Below, one piece after another: positions 27,111-41,790 of a stretch of DNA of 64,000 nt; within the stretch, counting starts at the first letter, position 1, and every line of letters begins with the position of its first letter. Origin of the DNA: Eledone cirrhosa (Eukaryota); the NCBI GenBank assembly GCA_964016885.1, contig OZ024755.1, positions 3,224,001 to 3,288,000 of the forward strand. Direction: 5' to 3'. A program made the position numbers and the translations under genes. The notes beneath the pieces are model-generated. The model had not been told where the DNA came from and did not search any database. It saw only the letters and a program-made list of their open reading frames with translations.

Positions 27111-29468
27111 AAATAATCAGCTGTTACCTTAAGTTACGGCAGTTTTTCTTAATATTTTATATGATAAAAATAAATCCTGTATTATGTCGACTGACTCATC
27201 TTTACGTGGGGTCAGCCAAAAATATTAAACCGCAAAAACACTAAATAAAATCACATTTAAATAAATGTTAAAATATACAGCATAAAGTAATATAGGGAAT
27301 ATCTATTAGGGTTTTATAGAGGAGGGAGGGGTTAATTTGACATTTGTCATTTTTTTCCACTTAAGTTTTTGACTACTGGAACCAATTAGACGTAGGGTGA
27401 TGTAGATATTCCTGTGTTTATATAAAAAGCTTACCTCATCATTTTATATCGGAACCTTTGCTATGTTTTAAGCACCATCTTAATAATGAGGAAGTTAGTT
27501 ATTTCACTAAATACTTCCAAATTCTTCATTATTTTCAAAATGACATGCAAACCATAGACAGTGTCTTTCATTAGAAATATGGTAATGAAAGGGTTAATGG
27601 CATACACAGTGTCTTTCATTAGAAATATGGTAATGAAAGGGTTAAAACATACAAGGAAGCTGGCCTTGACTCCTTTCGTCTGTTGCGGTGTACCAGATGA
27701 CACAGATCACATCAACTAATGAGACTCATCCAACCCATGCCAGCAGGGGAACAAATGGATATAAAATAATAATGATGATGATTGTATACACACACACATA
27801 TACACATATACATACATGTACACACACACTCACACACACACATATATATATATACACACACACACACACACGTACATACATACATATACACACATTTTAC
27901 ATTCCAAAATATTTACATAGCTTGGAACTACTTTCTTTATTCATCTTCCTCTTCCTTTTACAGTGGTGGGGGGGGCACCCTGGTGGTGTGGTGGGGGGGT
28001 GAACGGGCAGTGTCATGGGGGGTCACCCTGGTGGTGGTGTGGAGGGTGCAGTGGTGGTGGTAAGGGCATTTCTATTACTGTTGCTGGGGGTCTCTGAGAG
28101 AAACTTGTGGTCGGCAAGGGGTGGGGGGTGTTCAAGTGTAGGAGTGGGGCAGAGGTAGTTAATGGCTGACTCATTTATCATCATCATCATCACCATCACA
28201 ACCACCATCACCACCATAACCACCATCATCATCATCACCATCACCATCACCATCACCACCATCACCACCACCATCATCACTATCATCATCACCACCATCA
28301 CCACCACCACCACCACCATCACCACCAGCACCACCATCATCACTATCATCACCATCACCACCACCACCATCACCTCCATCATCACCATCACCATCATCAT
28401 CTCTATCATCACCATTACCACCATCACCACCATCACACCATCACCACCACCATCAAACCACCACCACCACCACCACCACCACCACCATCATCACCACCAT
28501 GACCACCACCACCACCACCACTACCACCATCACCACCACCACTACCACCATCACCACCACTACCACCATCACCACCACTACCACCATCATCATCACCATC
28601 ACCACCATCACCACCACCACCATCATCATCACCATCAGCACCACCACCATCACACCATCACCATACCACCACCACCACCACCATCACACCATACCACCAC
28701 CATCACCACCACCACCACGTATCCTCATCTTTAAAGACAACACAGCAATTAGCTTTATCTCTGGCTGGCTTCTGGCTTGGTGATGGCTAACTTCAGCTGG
28801 GGGGGGGGCTGTCTTGTGTGGGGGTAGGGGACTGGAGGGGGAGGGCTGTCTTTATTGTAGGGGGTAAGGGGCTAGAGTGGGTGGTGGCTGTCTTGTGTGG
28901 AGTAGGGGACTAGAGGAGAAGGAGTAAGAAGAGATGGTGGCTGTCTTGTGTGGGGTGGTAGGGGGCTAGAGGAGGTGAGACGAGGGAGGTGGTGGCTGCC
29001 TTTCTTATGGGGGTGATGGCTGTCTTTATTGTAGGGGGTAGGGCTAAAACAGGGGGTAGGAGGTGATGGCTGGAGGAGGAGGAGGAAAAACTACTGTTTG
29101 TTTATTGGACGATTGCCTTATAGAGTACACCCCCACCACTTTCACTTCGACCTCCACCTCTGTCGTGGTGATGGTGGTGATGGTGGTGGTGGTGGTGGGA
29201 AAATGGGGGGGTGGGGTTGCTGACATTTAAAATACATAAAGAAGTAATCCAGTGAACTTACTGAAAAATACACTTCTCTGTGTGTGTATATATATGTATA
29301 TATGTACATATGCGTGTGTGTATGTAAGTATATATAGATATATATATATTTATATATAGAGAGAGAGAGATTTATATGCGTGTGTGTATGTAAGTATATA
29401 TATATATAGAGAGAGAGAGAGATTTATATGCGTGTGTGTATGTAAGTATATATAGATATATATATATT

Positions 29469-29504
<36 letters not shown>

Positions 29505-29557
29505 TTTATATGTGTGTTTTCTCTATCTTTCTATTTCATCATTTATTTCTCTTTCTA

Positions 29558-29593
29558 TCTTCTGATGAAGGAATAATGTCCGAAACGTTAAGA
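29558..29593 (+). ncRNA. Minimal hammerhead motif
   Basis: UCUU-CUGAUGA-A-GGA auaaug UCC-GAAACGUU^AAGA; same family as 42159 and 38442. Confidence 0.6.
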
Positions 29594-29700
29594 CTCTCTT
29601 CGTACTATATCAAGTGTGAAACTAATATATTTCTTCATTGTACTGAGTTATTTGTTTTCTTGTTTCTGTTTACTTTTTACACACACACACACGCGCACAC

Positions 29701-29803
<103 letters not shown>

Positions 29804-29956
29804 ATTTGAAAAAGGGTCCTGCATGGCTGCAGCAAAGTAAAATAAAGTGTCTTGCTCAAGATCACAACATATCGCTTGATCCAGGAATCGAAATTAAAGC
29901 CTCACGATTGTGAATCCAAATTTCTAACCACTAAGTCATGTGCCTTCACACACACA

Positions 29957-30026
<70 letters not shown>

Positions 30027-30054
30027 ATAATAATAATAATAATAATGAAATTAT

Positions 30055-30481
30055 TGTGTAAAGTGCTCAGGTGCACTACAACTCGTCAAAGGTGCATGTA
30101 TAATACATAGAATAATACACAAATGTCAGGGAAGTGAATAGTGTATGAGTCATGATATACATGTGTGTATGTGTATGGAGGAGGAACATTAGGTGCAGTC
30201 TTGGCGAATCTCGGGAAGCATGGAGGCCTTAAAGGATGCAGTGTCTCGACAGCTGACAACCGATGCAGGGAGTTTGTTCCGTGCTTCAGCAACTCTGAGC
30301 GTGAAAAAATGTTTCCGAAAGTCATGGAACTGTGCTGTTTTCTGACTTTGTGGGCATGCCCACGTGTGTTAGACACATGGAAATTAAAAAGGTACTCAGG
30401 GTTGTTGTTGGCAAGATGGTTAACAATTCTGTGGGTGTTTACCAAGTCAGTTGACAGGCGTCGGAGCTTCAATGTATCCAT
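30055..30481 (-). mobile_element. CR1-group LINE 3' end
   Basis: MDTLKLRRLSTDLVNTHRI...NTRGHAHKVRK is the CR1 ORF2 C-terminal pattern, followed by a 3' UTR and a (ATT)n tail; copies at 62570-62985, 61320-61475 and 46715-46812. Confidence 0.8.
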
Positions 30482-30649
30482 GCCCATCTATCTATCTATC
30501 TATCTATATATGTATTGTTATACTTGGGGAGGGTCATATTTGTGTAATATTGCCAGAATTAACAGAACACACTCACTGTTTGGTTGGTTTTCGCTTTTCA
30601 CTTCTGTGTCTTTTATATCGGTAATCTAATTCTGGTAATATTACGCAAA

Positions 30650-30683
<34 letters not shown>

Positions 30684-30688
30684 CAATG

Positions 30689-30737
<49 letters not shown>

Positions 30738-30778
30738 ATATTAAATATATATATATATATATATATATACAATGATAT

Positions 30779-30837
<59 letters not shown>

Positions 30838-30992
30838 AGGAAGCTCCAACCGTTAAGGTTGTCTTTTTGTCAATATTTATTATAAAACAAATCTGTATTT
30901 CATCTGATGAAAGCGCACCATAATTTGCCTTGGTTGCCCTTGAAATATGTATAAAATAAATATGGTTTTATAAATATAGTTTCCATTTATTA

Positions 30993-31059
<67 letters not shown>

Positions 31060-31093
31060 GTATATATATATACACGTATATATATATATATAT

Positions 31094-31740
31094 GGTGGCT
31101 GCCAACTCGTTTTCGAGTACGGCCACTACTTTATATCCATGTAGGAGAACCCCTACCGAAGCGCTGCATGAGTGTGACTTTTTAGTCCAGCCAGCGACTT
31201 GAAAACTCTAGTACAAACACTACACTTGTGACAATTATTGACACATAGTGCTGGGCCCATGGTACCATGTGAGGACAAGTGCAGAGAGATCTCCAGATAT
31301 AAAGCAATGCCTGTGCCGTGAAGCTTTTATAGTGAGCAAAGGCACTGCACAAAGCCAGTCCCACTCTCTTAACCAAGATGATATTTACCAAAAAGAAGAA
31401 CAAGTCAACATCATTGGATACCATCAAGGTTGCAGGTGTTATATCAGAGTTTTCCTTCTCCTAGAATTCTGCCTTGACAAAGGCTAAGGGGTCATCTCTC
31501 CCGGTGATTTTGGATGGCCATTGACTCTTAAGAGCTCCTTTGCCCTTTGACAGGTTTTGTTTTTAGTCCTGCAGGATGTCCAAAGTCACCCTCCTCACCA
31601 AGAAACCTTGGTGGGGTTGCCAGTTTAGTCGCCAACGACCCGACCATGAATCAGGTTGTACTGGGATACATGTTACCAGTAGCACCAACTGGTGACCTGA
31701 CATATATATATACACTCATCTGGGTAGCTGCCTAAAGGGA
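31094..31740. mobile_element. Unclassified GC-richer interspersed insert (possibly retroelement UTR)
   Basis: Abrupt compositional shift after (TA)n; no coherent ORF or splice pattern. Confidence 0.3.
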
Positions 31741-32542
31741 TGGGTGCCCTCATATACACTGGCAATACTCTTACCTGTAATGTTAAACGCTTAGCATTGC
31801 AATGTGTGGGGTTAGGGAACTAGGTGGGTGGAGGTTTGTATACAGACCTTACACCCGACCTCACCCCACTACCACCAGCACCTCCTCCGACCTCACTCCA
31901 CTACCACCAGCACCTCCTCCGACCTCACTCCACTACCACCAGCACCTCCTCCGACCTCACCCCACTACCAGCTCTCTCCTGACCTAATTTTCATATTTCT
32001 ATCAAACCCTCTACTGACCCAGTTTTTTTTTATTTCTATCAAGCTCTCTCCTGACCCAGTTTTCTCATAGTTCTCTCAAGCTCTCTATTGAGTGTGCTCT
32101 CCACTGACCTAGTTATTTTCATTTTTAAATTTAGTGGGGGTGGCAGTAATAGTGCAGATGACCTTTGCAGATTTCACCCCCTCCCCCACGTACTGGTTAG
32201 AAATATGATGCTGGTGATGTTGATGTTTGAGCAGTTGTGTGTCAATGTTGGCAGCGAAATCGGTAGAGCATCAGAGAAATGCTTAGCAGTATATCTTCTG
32301 GCCCTATGTGTAACATTGAACTGAGTCCCTGCTCATCTTAAAACCGGCTCTGGATATTCTGGGGGCTTCGAAGACTGGGCACTGCAGGGTATGGGGGGTG
32401 AACTTGCAGTTCTTTCTCTCTACACACAAAGAAAATTCATTTGCAAATAGCAACAGGCTAATGAAAAATCCTTGGAAATCATCAACAATGAGGAAATACA
32501 TATGTATATATGTATGTATGTATATATATGTATGTATATATG

Positions 32543-32603
<61 letters not shown>

Positions 32604-32830
32604 ATATATATATATAAAATATATATGTATATGTAGGAGGTGAGTTTTATTGTAGTACAATAAAGCAATGCAGATATCGGATAAGAAGCACTCTACAGTT
32701 TGTAGGACTGGAGTATACATAATATATAAGAACAAAAGATGGAACTCTTTTAACCATCTTTTGTTCTTATATATTATATATATGTATATATATATATATG
32801 TGTGTGTGTGTGTATATATATATATGTATG

Positions 32831-32864
<34 letters not shown>

Positions 32865-34305
32865 GATGTCTATATATATGTATGTATATATATATATATG
32901 TGTGTGTGTGTATATATATATATATACATATGTATATATATATGTGTGTGTGTGTGTGGATGTCTATATATATGTATGTATATATATATATATGTGTGTG
33001 TGTGTATATATATATATATACATATGTATATATATATGTGTGTGTGTGTATGCATATATATATACGCACACACACATGTATACATACATATACACACAAC
33101 TCTAATCTATTTTTAAGAATCAAGTTTTAACTTAATCCTCTCAGTAATCTGAGGGAGATGGCGCAGATAAGGAAGGTTGGTGGGGAGGGACAGGTCGGGG
33201 GGACAGGTCGGGTGGGGGGTTGACTTAAGCAAACATTGCCCCACCCTCACACTCCACTCCAAATCACTCTACCCTACTCCCACCATATCAACACCATCAA
33301 CATCACTTACTTAACTTTCCTAGCCTCTAGAGAAGTTGTTGGAGTGGGGGAATATGTCTGTGAGGGTGGGGACAGCCGTGGGTGTGGGTGTTGTTATGGC
33401 TAGTGTTACACAACACTGCACCACACACCTACCACCCCTTCCCTCACTACTAACTGGTAGAAGAGGGTGGGGTGGGGCTGGGATGGGGGACTCACTCATA
33501 AAGAGGGGAGTGCCATCTCTCTATTACCACCACTACCACCACCACTACTATAACTACTACTACTACAACCACCACCACCACTACTACTACTACTACTACA
33601 ACCACCACCACCACTACTACTACTACAACCACCACCACTACTACTACTACAGCCACAACTACCATCACTACGACCACAACCACCGCCACCACCTTTAGTT
33701 CAACCACAAATACCACCACCACTACTACATCCACAACTATTACGACAACTACCACTACTACAACCACAACTACTACAACCACAACTACCACTACTACAAC
33801 CACAACTACCACTACTACCACCACCACTACAATACAACCACAACTACTATCACCACCACTACTACCACCACCACCTCTACTACATCCACAACTACCACCA
33901 CTACTAGTACATCCACAACTACTACCACTACCACCACCACCACTACTACCACCACCACCACTACAACCACAACTACTATCACCACTACTACTACCACCAC
34001 CACCTCTACTACATCCACAACTACCACCACTACTAGTACATCCACAACTACTACCACTACCACCACCACCACTACTACCACCACCACCACCACAACTATT
34101 ACCACCACTACTACAACTACAGATCTCCCTCTTCTCCTATCATTTACTGTTCTCTCTCTCTCTCTCTCTTTCTTCCCTCAGTCGCCCCCCCCCCCCTCGC
34201 TCACTTCCCCATCGTCAATCATTCTGTCTCAGTATAAATTACCCAGCTGCCCCCCCCCCCCTTCACTCCTTATTTCTCTTCATCTGTCATTTGGGGAAAA
34301 GGTAG

Positions 34306-34654
34306 AACACACACACACATAGCTATATGTACTTACACACACACATAGCTATATGTATACTTACACACACACACACACATAGCTATGTGTATACTTACAC
34401 ACACACACACATAGCTATATGTATACTTACACACACACACACACATAGCTATATGTACTTACACACACACATAGCTATATGTATACTTACACACACACAC
34501 AGCTATGTGTATACTTACACACACACACACACACATAGCTATATGTATACTTACACACACACACACACACACACATAGCTATATGTATACTTACACACAC
34601 ACACACACACATAGCTATATGTACTTACACACACACACATAGCTATATGTATAC

Positions 34655-34688
<34 letters not shown>

Positions 34689-34834
34689 CTATGTGTATAC
34701 TTACACACACATACACACACACATAGCTATATGTATACTTACACACACACATAGCTATATGTATACTTACACACACACATAGCTATATGTATACTTACAC
34801 ACACACACACACACACACAGCTATATGTATACTT

Positions 34835-34872
<38 letters not shown>

Positions 34873-34936
34873 CTATATGTATACTTACACACACACATAG
34901 CTATATGTATACTTACACACACACATAGCTATATGT
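34306..34936. repeat. Compound repeat atagctatatgtatactt + (AC)n of variable length
   Basis: About 20 units with variable AC spacer. Confidence 0.85.
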
Positions 34937-35758
34937 AAAAGATGAAATCGAAAATGCAACTGGAATCTTTTTTTTTTTAAATATATATTTATTTGGTTCC
35001 TTTGCCGGTTTCGCAGTTCTTCTGCTTTTCAAAAGTAGAATTGAGATGGAGGGAGGGTCTGTGGTTTTTCTCACAGAGAATATATATATATTTTTTTAAA
35101 AGACTCCAGTTGCAATTTCGATTTCATCTTTTTTCCTCATACTTTCACTCGTGTAGGACACCTTGGTTATATTTTTCATTTTGTAAAAACAACCTCACTT
35201 TCTAATATATATTACAGATATATGTATATTAGGGTGGCCCTTGGCAATAGGTAATTTTCAACAGTAGAAATACCTGCATAGCATTCAGCAATAAGTTCTG
35301 TGCATTCTTTGGGATCATCAGTAATCTGGCCTGTGTGGAGATTGCGAAGAGGACCAACTGGAGAGTGATGTCTGACCATATATATTTCCAGAACACCTTA
35401 CTGTCACGTTGGTTGCTATACGCTGTTCAAATGCATGCACTGTCTTTTTTGCCACCTGCTTGAGATGGTTGGATGATCTATTGTGCTTTTTTCTATTAAC
35501 CTCTAATCTATGCAGTCAGTATTCCTGTCCAGCATTACAATGCTCTTTGCTGGCAAGTCAGACAGCTGCAGTCTCCCAAATTGCACTTTTGGGATGTTTT
35601 TTTCTGCTTATGTCGTACTGATGTTGCACATGCCGTCCATATTAAATGCAGGATGTTCTGAAGTAGAGCATTTATGTCTCCAGAGTCGTAAACTTCAAGA
35701 CAGTTTAGGTGTGTAGCTCAGTGCAGTAAGAATTCCATGTATGTTTATATATATATAT

Positions 35759-35884
<126 letters not shown>

Positions 35885-36548
35885 CACAAATCTTTGTTAA
35901 TTCAGCTGTGATGTCTTGTCAACACCACAAACATCTCCATCACCACCACCACCACCATCATCATCATCGTCATCATCATCACTGCCACCACCACCACCCC
36001 TAACCCTACCCATCAATTAAAGAAAGGTATATATATATCTACCCATTACCACCCCTACCATCACCCCTACCATCACCCCTACCACCACCCTAACACTACC
36101 CATCAATTAAAGAAAGGTATATATATATCTACCCACTAACACCACTACCACCACCATTACCACCCCTACCACCACCCCTAACCCTACCCATCAATTAAAG
36201 AAAGGTATATATATATATCTACCCACCCATCACCACAACCTAACCACACATTTCTACAATTATGCCCTCCTCCACCATCTCCCACCCACACATTCCCAGA
36301 CCTGACTGTTGTACATATTACTAAATTTCCTCGCAAATTCAGTACCCACCACCACCCCACCTCCACCCCACCTCCGATCCCCCACCGCACCCTGTTCCCC
36401 CCCCCCTTCCCCACCATTGGGGGTGGAAAAGCCCATTCTTTTCCTTACGCTATCATATAAACCATCTTTCCTCTATGTTCACCAATGATAGGCAGCAGTG
36501 TGTAGTTCGGGTGAACACATGTTTAGGGCTGTGTGTGTATATCTACAC

Positions 36549-36590
<42 letters not shown>

Positions 36591-36675
36591 CATCATCATC
36601 ATCATCCTTTAACATCTTATTTTCCATATATATATATATATGGAAAGCGAGAGAGGCAAGTGTTGATAGATGATG

Positions 36676-37910
36676 GGTAGGTAGGTAGATAGGTGGGTAG
36701 GTAGGTAGGTAGGTAGGTAGGTAGGTAATAGGTAGGTAGGTAGGTAATAGGTAGGTAGGTAGGTAGGTAGGTAGGTAGGTAGGTAATAGGTAGGTAGGTG
36801 GGTAGATAGGTAGGTAGGTAGATAGGTAGGTAGGTAGGTAGGTAGGTAGGTAGGTAGGTAATAGGTAGGTAGGTAGGTAGGTAATAGGTAGGTAGGTAGG
36901 TAGGTAGGTAATAGGTAGGTAGGTGGGTAGGTAGGTAGGTAATAGGTAGGTAGGTGGGTAGATAGGTAGGTAGGTAATAGGTAGGTAGGTAGGTAGGTAG
37001 GTAGGTAATAGGTAGGTAATAGGTAGGTAGGTAGGTAGGTAATAGGTAGGTAGGTAGGTAATAGGTAGGTAGGTAGGTAGGTAGGTAATAGGTAGGTAAT
37101 AGGTAGGTAGGTAGGTAGGTAATAGGTAGGTAGGTGGGTAGATAGGTAGGTAGGTAATAGGTAGGTAGGTAGGTAGGTAGGTAATAGGTAGGTAATAGGT
37201 AGGTAGGTAATAGGTAGGTAGGTAGGTAGGTAGGTGGGTAGATAGGTAGGTAATAGGTAGGTAGGTAATAGGTAATAGGTAGGTAATAGGTAGGTAATAG
37301 GTAGGTAGGTAGGTAGGTAATAGGTAGGTAGGTGGGTAGATAGGTAGGTAATAGGTAGGTAGGTAGGTAGGTAATAGGTAGGTAATAGGTAGGTAGGTAG
37401 GTAGGTAGGTAGGTAATAGGTAGGTAGGTAGGTAGGTAGGTAGGTAGGTAGTAGGTAGGTAGGTAGGTAATAGGTAGGTAGGTAGTAGGTAGGTGGGTAG
37501 GTAATAGGTAGGTGGGTAGGTAGGTAATAGGTAGGTGGGTAGGTAGGTGGGTAGGTAGGTAATAGGTAGGTAGGTAGGTAGGTAATAGGTAGGTGGGTAG
37601 ATAGGTGGGTAGATAGGTAGGTAGGTAATAGGTAGGTAGGTAGGTAGGTAGGTAATAGGTAGGTAGGTAGGTAGGTAGGTAGGTAGGTAGGTAGGTAGGT
37701 AGGTAGGTAGGTAGGTAGGTAGGTAGGTAGGTAGGTAGGTAGGTGGGTAGGTAGGTAGGTGGGTAGATAGGTAGGTAGGTAATAGGTAGGTAGGTAGGTA
37801 GGTAGGTAGGTAATAGGTAGGTAGGTAGGTAGGTAATAGGTAGGTAATAGGTAGGTAGGTAATAGGTAGGTAATAGGTAGATAGGTATCTAGGTAGGGAG
37901 GTAGGTAGAT
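36676..37910. repeat. About 1.2-kb (TAGG)n tetranucleotide tract with TAA/TGGG/TAGA interruptions
   Basis: Direct inspection; explains the 480-aa TYLP ORF. Confidence 0.95.
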
Positions 37911-38087
37911 ATGTGGGTAGATAAAAAGAGAGGAAGATATAAATACATGTTGGTGTTTCCGGCAATTTCTGTGAAAATAAAAATATTTATTATCTTAGTT
38001 GTAATGCAGACAGAAAATATATCTGCAAAACATGAGTTTTTACAAAAGTTGTGAGGTAGGGGTAGTAAACTGTAGTTATACATATGA

Positions 38088-38143
<56 letters not shown>

Positions 38144-38145
38144 GA

Positions 38146-38176
<31 letters not shown>

Positions 38177-38659
38177 CACACACGCACTTAAAAAACCCTT
38201 TAAGCACAGGCATTGCTTGTTCAGGATCTGTTACAGGTTCGTGTGACTGGCGGCAGCCGAAAAGTGCACTATTTTCTGTAATCTGACAAGCGATTGCAAT
38301 AATCTTAGCAGTTTGCAGCCATTATATATATATATATAATTAGTGAATGTATGTATATATGCAGAAGGCAAACAAAACAAACATCACAGTACAATGAAGA
38401 AATATATTGTTAGTTTTACACTTGATATAGTAGGAAAAGAGTCTTAATGTTTCGGATGCTAGTCTTTCATCAGAAAATAGAATGAGAAATTAAAAAAGAA
38501 ATAGAAAGATTGAGGAGATGAGCTGTGGTGGAATGGGTAAAAAATATTTAGAGAAAAATAAAAGGTACATTCGTGTTGCCATCTCTTGGAAAACTGTTGA
38601 TGCTGGCCTTTTGTGTATGATATACTTTTATCATCATCTGTCATCCATCATCATCCATT

Positions 38660-38960
38660 ATCATCATTTTAAGTCCACTTTTCCCTGCTTGCAAGGGTGG
38701 GACGGGTCCTATTCAGCACAGCATCTCTCCACTTGTCACAGTCCTTCGTCATCTCCGTGAGCTTCAGCAATCTGAGGTCTGCTCTCACTACCTCCACTCA
38801 TGTTTTTCATGGTCTTCCTTCTACTGGCATTTCTTGGCACTTCTTTACCCAGCGGTCATCCTCCATGCACAACACATGTCCATACCATCGCAGTCTTCTC
38901 TCCCGCACACTACAACTTATCCCTCTTAAACACAGCTTCTCTCTCAACACATCCATATGT
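38660..38960 (-). mobile_element. RTE LINE 3' fragment
   Basis: Reverse complement carries a WYGHV-like motif, a degenerate GRP.KT motif and the same 3' end as 5876-6013. Confidence 0.75.
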
Positions 38961-39434
38961 GTGTCTGTATAGTGTACACTGTTACCTCATTATGCATACA
39001 AACACACAAGTATATATATATATATATATATATATAATCATTACTCTCTAACCCAGGCATCTGAAACTGAAGGACTCAAATGGGCCATTAGGGGGAAAGA
39101 GACACAGTCGGCCCTAATTGAGATGAGATGAGGTGGGGGAGAATATTTTCACCAGTTATAAAGTTAATCTGCAATATAGCTGATAGGCTGCTATTTATTT
39201 ATTTTTCCCTAGCAAAATAAACACACATATGACAGTAAGTGGGAATTAATACAAAATTTAGGGGAACAAATTTTTTGTTGTAAATTTTACCTTTGATACC
39301 CCCCCCCCCCTTTTTTTTTCTATTTTATTGTATTTTATGGGTAAATTACAATAAATTGCATTTTAAGTTTTAAGAAAATATTAGTCATGAAAATTGTTCT
39401 GCTACAGGCCATAAAGATGTTAAGTGCATATAGA

Positions 39435-39626
39435 GCGGTGGATTGGTAGTATCGGTAGAGGGTCGGATGCCATGCTTTGACACATAGAGTTACGGCCCTT
39501 GCCATTCTGAGTTCAAATCCCGCCGAGGTTTACTTTGCCTTTCATCCTTACGGGGATCGATAAAATAAAGTACCAGTAATACACTGAGTAATTGCTGGCC
39601 TTGTGCCAAAAGTAGAAACAATTATT
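39435..39626 (+). mobile_element. Meta-type SINE, full length
   Basis: Same family as 21809. Confidence 0.85.
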
Positions 39627-39819
39627 GTTTATATGATTGCACCCTCACTCCCACCATTACCCTTACCCCACCCTCAACTCCACCCCACCCCACCCCATAT
39701 ATATATATATGTATATATATACACACACACAATATATATATTGTGATAGTGAGGTTACTGTCAGTTGCTCCTCTGAGTTTCACAGGTTTTTCTGATCATA
39801 CAACCAGGACCCTCTGAAA

Positions 39820-40005
39820 TAACTGTTTCTACTTTAGGCACAAGGCCAGCAAATACCCAGTACATTACTGGTACTTTATTTTATCGACCCCGTAAGGATG
39901 AAAGGCAAAGTCAACCTCGGCGGGATTTGAACTCAGATCGTAAAGGGCCGTTACTATGCTGGAAAGCATGGCGTCCGACCCTCTACCGATACTGCCAATC
40001 CACCG
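39820..40005 (-). mobile_element. Meta-type SINE, full length, inverted relative to the 39435 copy
   Basis: Reverse complement of the same family. Confidence 0.85.
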
Positions 40006-40521
40006 TTATTTCAGCTAAGATTATTTACTATACTCTACTTTTGTATTGAGTACTTTGTTTTTCTTGAGAGTAAACTTAAACATAAGGATGTGTGTGTGAT
40101 GTATGTGTGATGTATGTATGACTGCATGTGATCTACATATGTGTGTATGTTGGTATAGAGTCAAAATTCAATGTGCATGTGTGTGTGTTTGATGTACATG
40201 TGTGTATGTATGTATGTGTGTGTTTGATGTACATGTGTGTATGTATGTATGTGTGTAATGTATGTATGTGTGTGTGTGATGTATGTGTGTAATGTATGTA
40301 TGTGTGTGTGATGTATGTGTGTAATGTATGTATGTGTGTGTGATGTATGTATGTGTGTGATGTGATGTATGTATATGTGTGTGTGTGATGTATGTGTGTA
40401 ATGTATGCATATGTGTGTGTGTTGGTGTAAAGTCAAAATGCAATGAATGCAATGCAACTCTTACTGGTCGTTGAGTACAGAAAGAACATATGTTGCTTCA
40501 CCAACAACAACTACTATAACT

Positions 40522-40558
<37 letters not shown>

Positions 40559-40984
40559 AGACTACTACTACTAAGACTACTACTACTACTAGTTGAATGA
40601 ATGTGCCAGCTGTAGACAGACAGTATATCATCTTCTTTATCACCATCACTGCCGCCACTATCATCATCACCACCACTATCATCATCACCACCACCACCAC
40701 TACCATCACCACCGCTACTATCATCATCACCATCATCAAATCACTACTACCATCACCACCATCATCATTATCATCTTCATAGATGCTATCTTCACCACCA
40801 CCACCACCACCACCACCACCACCACAAGCATGTCATGATAAATTATCATCTTTGTCATCCTCCTCCTGTACCTCATCATCGCTATCATCATCACCACCAT
40901 CACCATATCATGGTCATTGATGTAAGAGGGAGTATGTTGCTACCACCCTTTTTTGTGCTTCACCTCATGTTGGGTTCTTCAACT

Positions 40985-41175
40985 TCATGCTGTGAGTTCA
41001 TCCAGGGTCTTGGTTAACAGAATGTTGTGATGTTTCTCGAAAACATCGACATGCACACCATGTGATCTCTGACATTTTTTGGCAGCTTATTTAAGAGTTG
41101 GGGGCCTTTGAACCCCAGGCTATTTGAGTATATATATAGTCCAAAGGCCCCCAACTTTTTAATAAGCTGCCAAAA
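40985..41175 (-). mobile_element. CR1/L2-group LINE 3' remnant with short 5' inversion
   Basis: Minus SNSLGFKGPQLLNKLPKNVRD; 41143-41174 is an inverted copy of 41076-41110. Confidence 0.55.
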
Positions 41176-41176
41176 T

Positions 41177-41217
<41 letters not shown>

Positions 41218-41404
41218 ACAAAGGAATTGTGGCAAGGAACCAGATGGACCATAACGCACCAGAGTACTCAATACTTAAGGTAGTAGAGTGGGAAATAGGA
41301 AAAAGTATGACCCGACGGCAGAGCTCAAGCCGTTTCAACGGCTATTTCTGGACTAAAATAGCCGTCGAAACGGCTTGAGCTCTGCCGTCGGGGTCATACT
41401 TCTT

Positions 41405-41454
<50 letters not shown>

Positions 41455-41455
<1 letters not shown>

Positions 41456-41790
41456 AGGGCGGGTAAAATTCCCGCGATCCATGGACGAGTTCTCTCCAGC
41501 GGTCTCTGTCCCTCATTATCGCTGCCATGTCCTGCGTCTCCAAGAGACCAGTGTCTGTCCTTAGGGCATCAACATACGTTAACCTTGGTCTACCTCTTCC
41601 AGTGTGTCCACGTAGGGGCTCCCACAGGAGCACTGAGTGCTATGTCAACTCTGGATGTCGGTGAGCATGTCCAGCTAACCTCAGTCTCCTCTGTGTCACT
41701 TTTGAACTGACTTTTGGGAGGCTCCCGTACACCTCTGAGTTTTTTATCCTCAGTGTATCCTCAGCATTCTCGTGTGGCACCCATCCACCA
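41455..41790 (-). mobile_element. RTE/RTE-X-like LINE 3' fragment
   Basis: Minus translation includes RLRLAGHAHRHPE...LLWEP...GRGRPRLTYVDALRTDTGL...MRDRDRWR. Confidence 0.72.

Noticed and set aside
35230-35740. Possible DNA-transposon or exon fragment
   Set aside because: No recognisable motif, continuous ORF or convincing splice pair could be read.
36523-37965. 480-aa TYLP-repeat ORF
   Set aside because: Translation of a (TAGG)n microsatellite; no splice or domain support.
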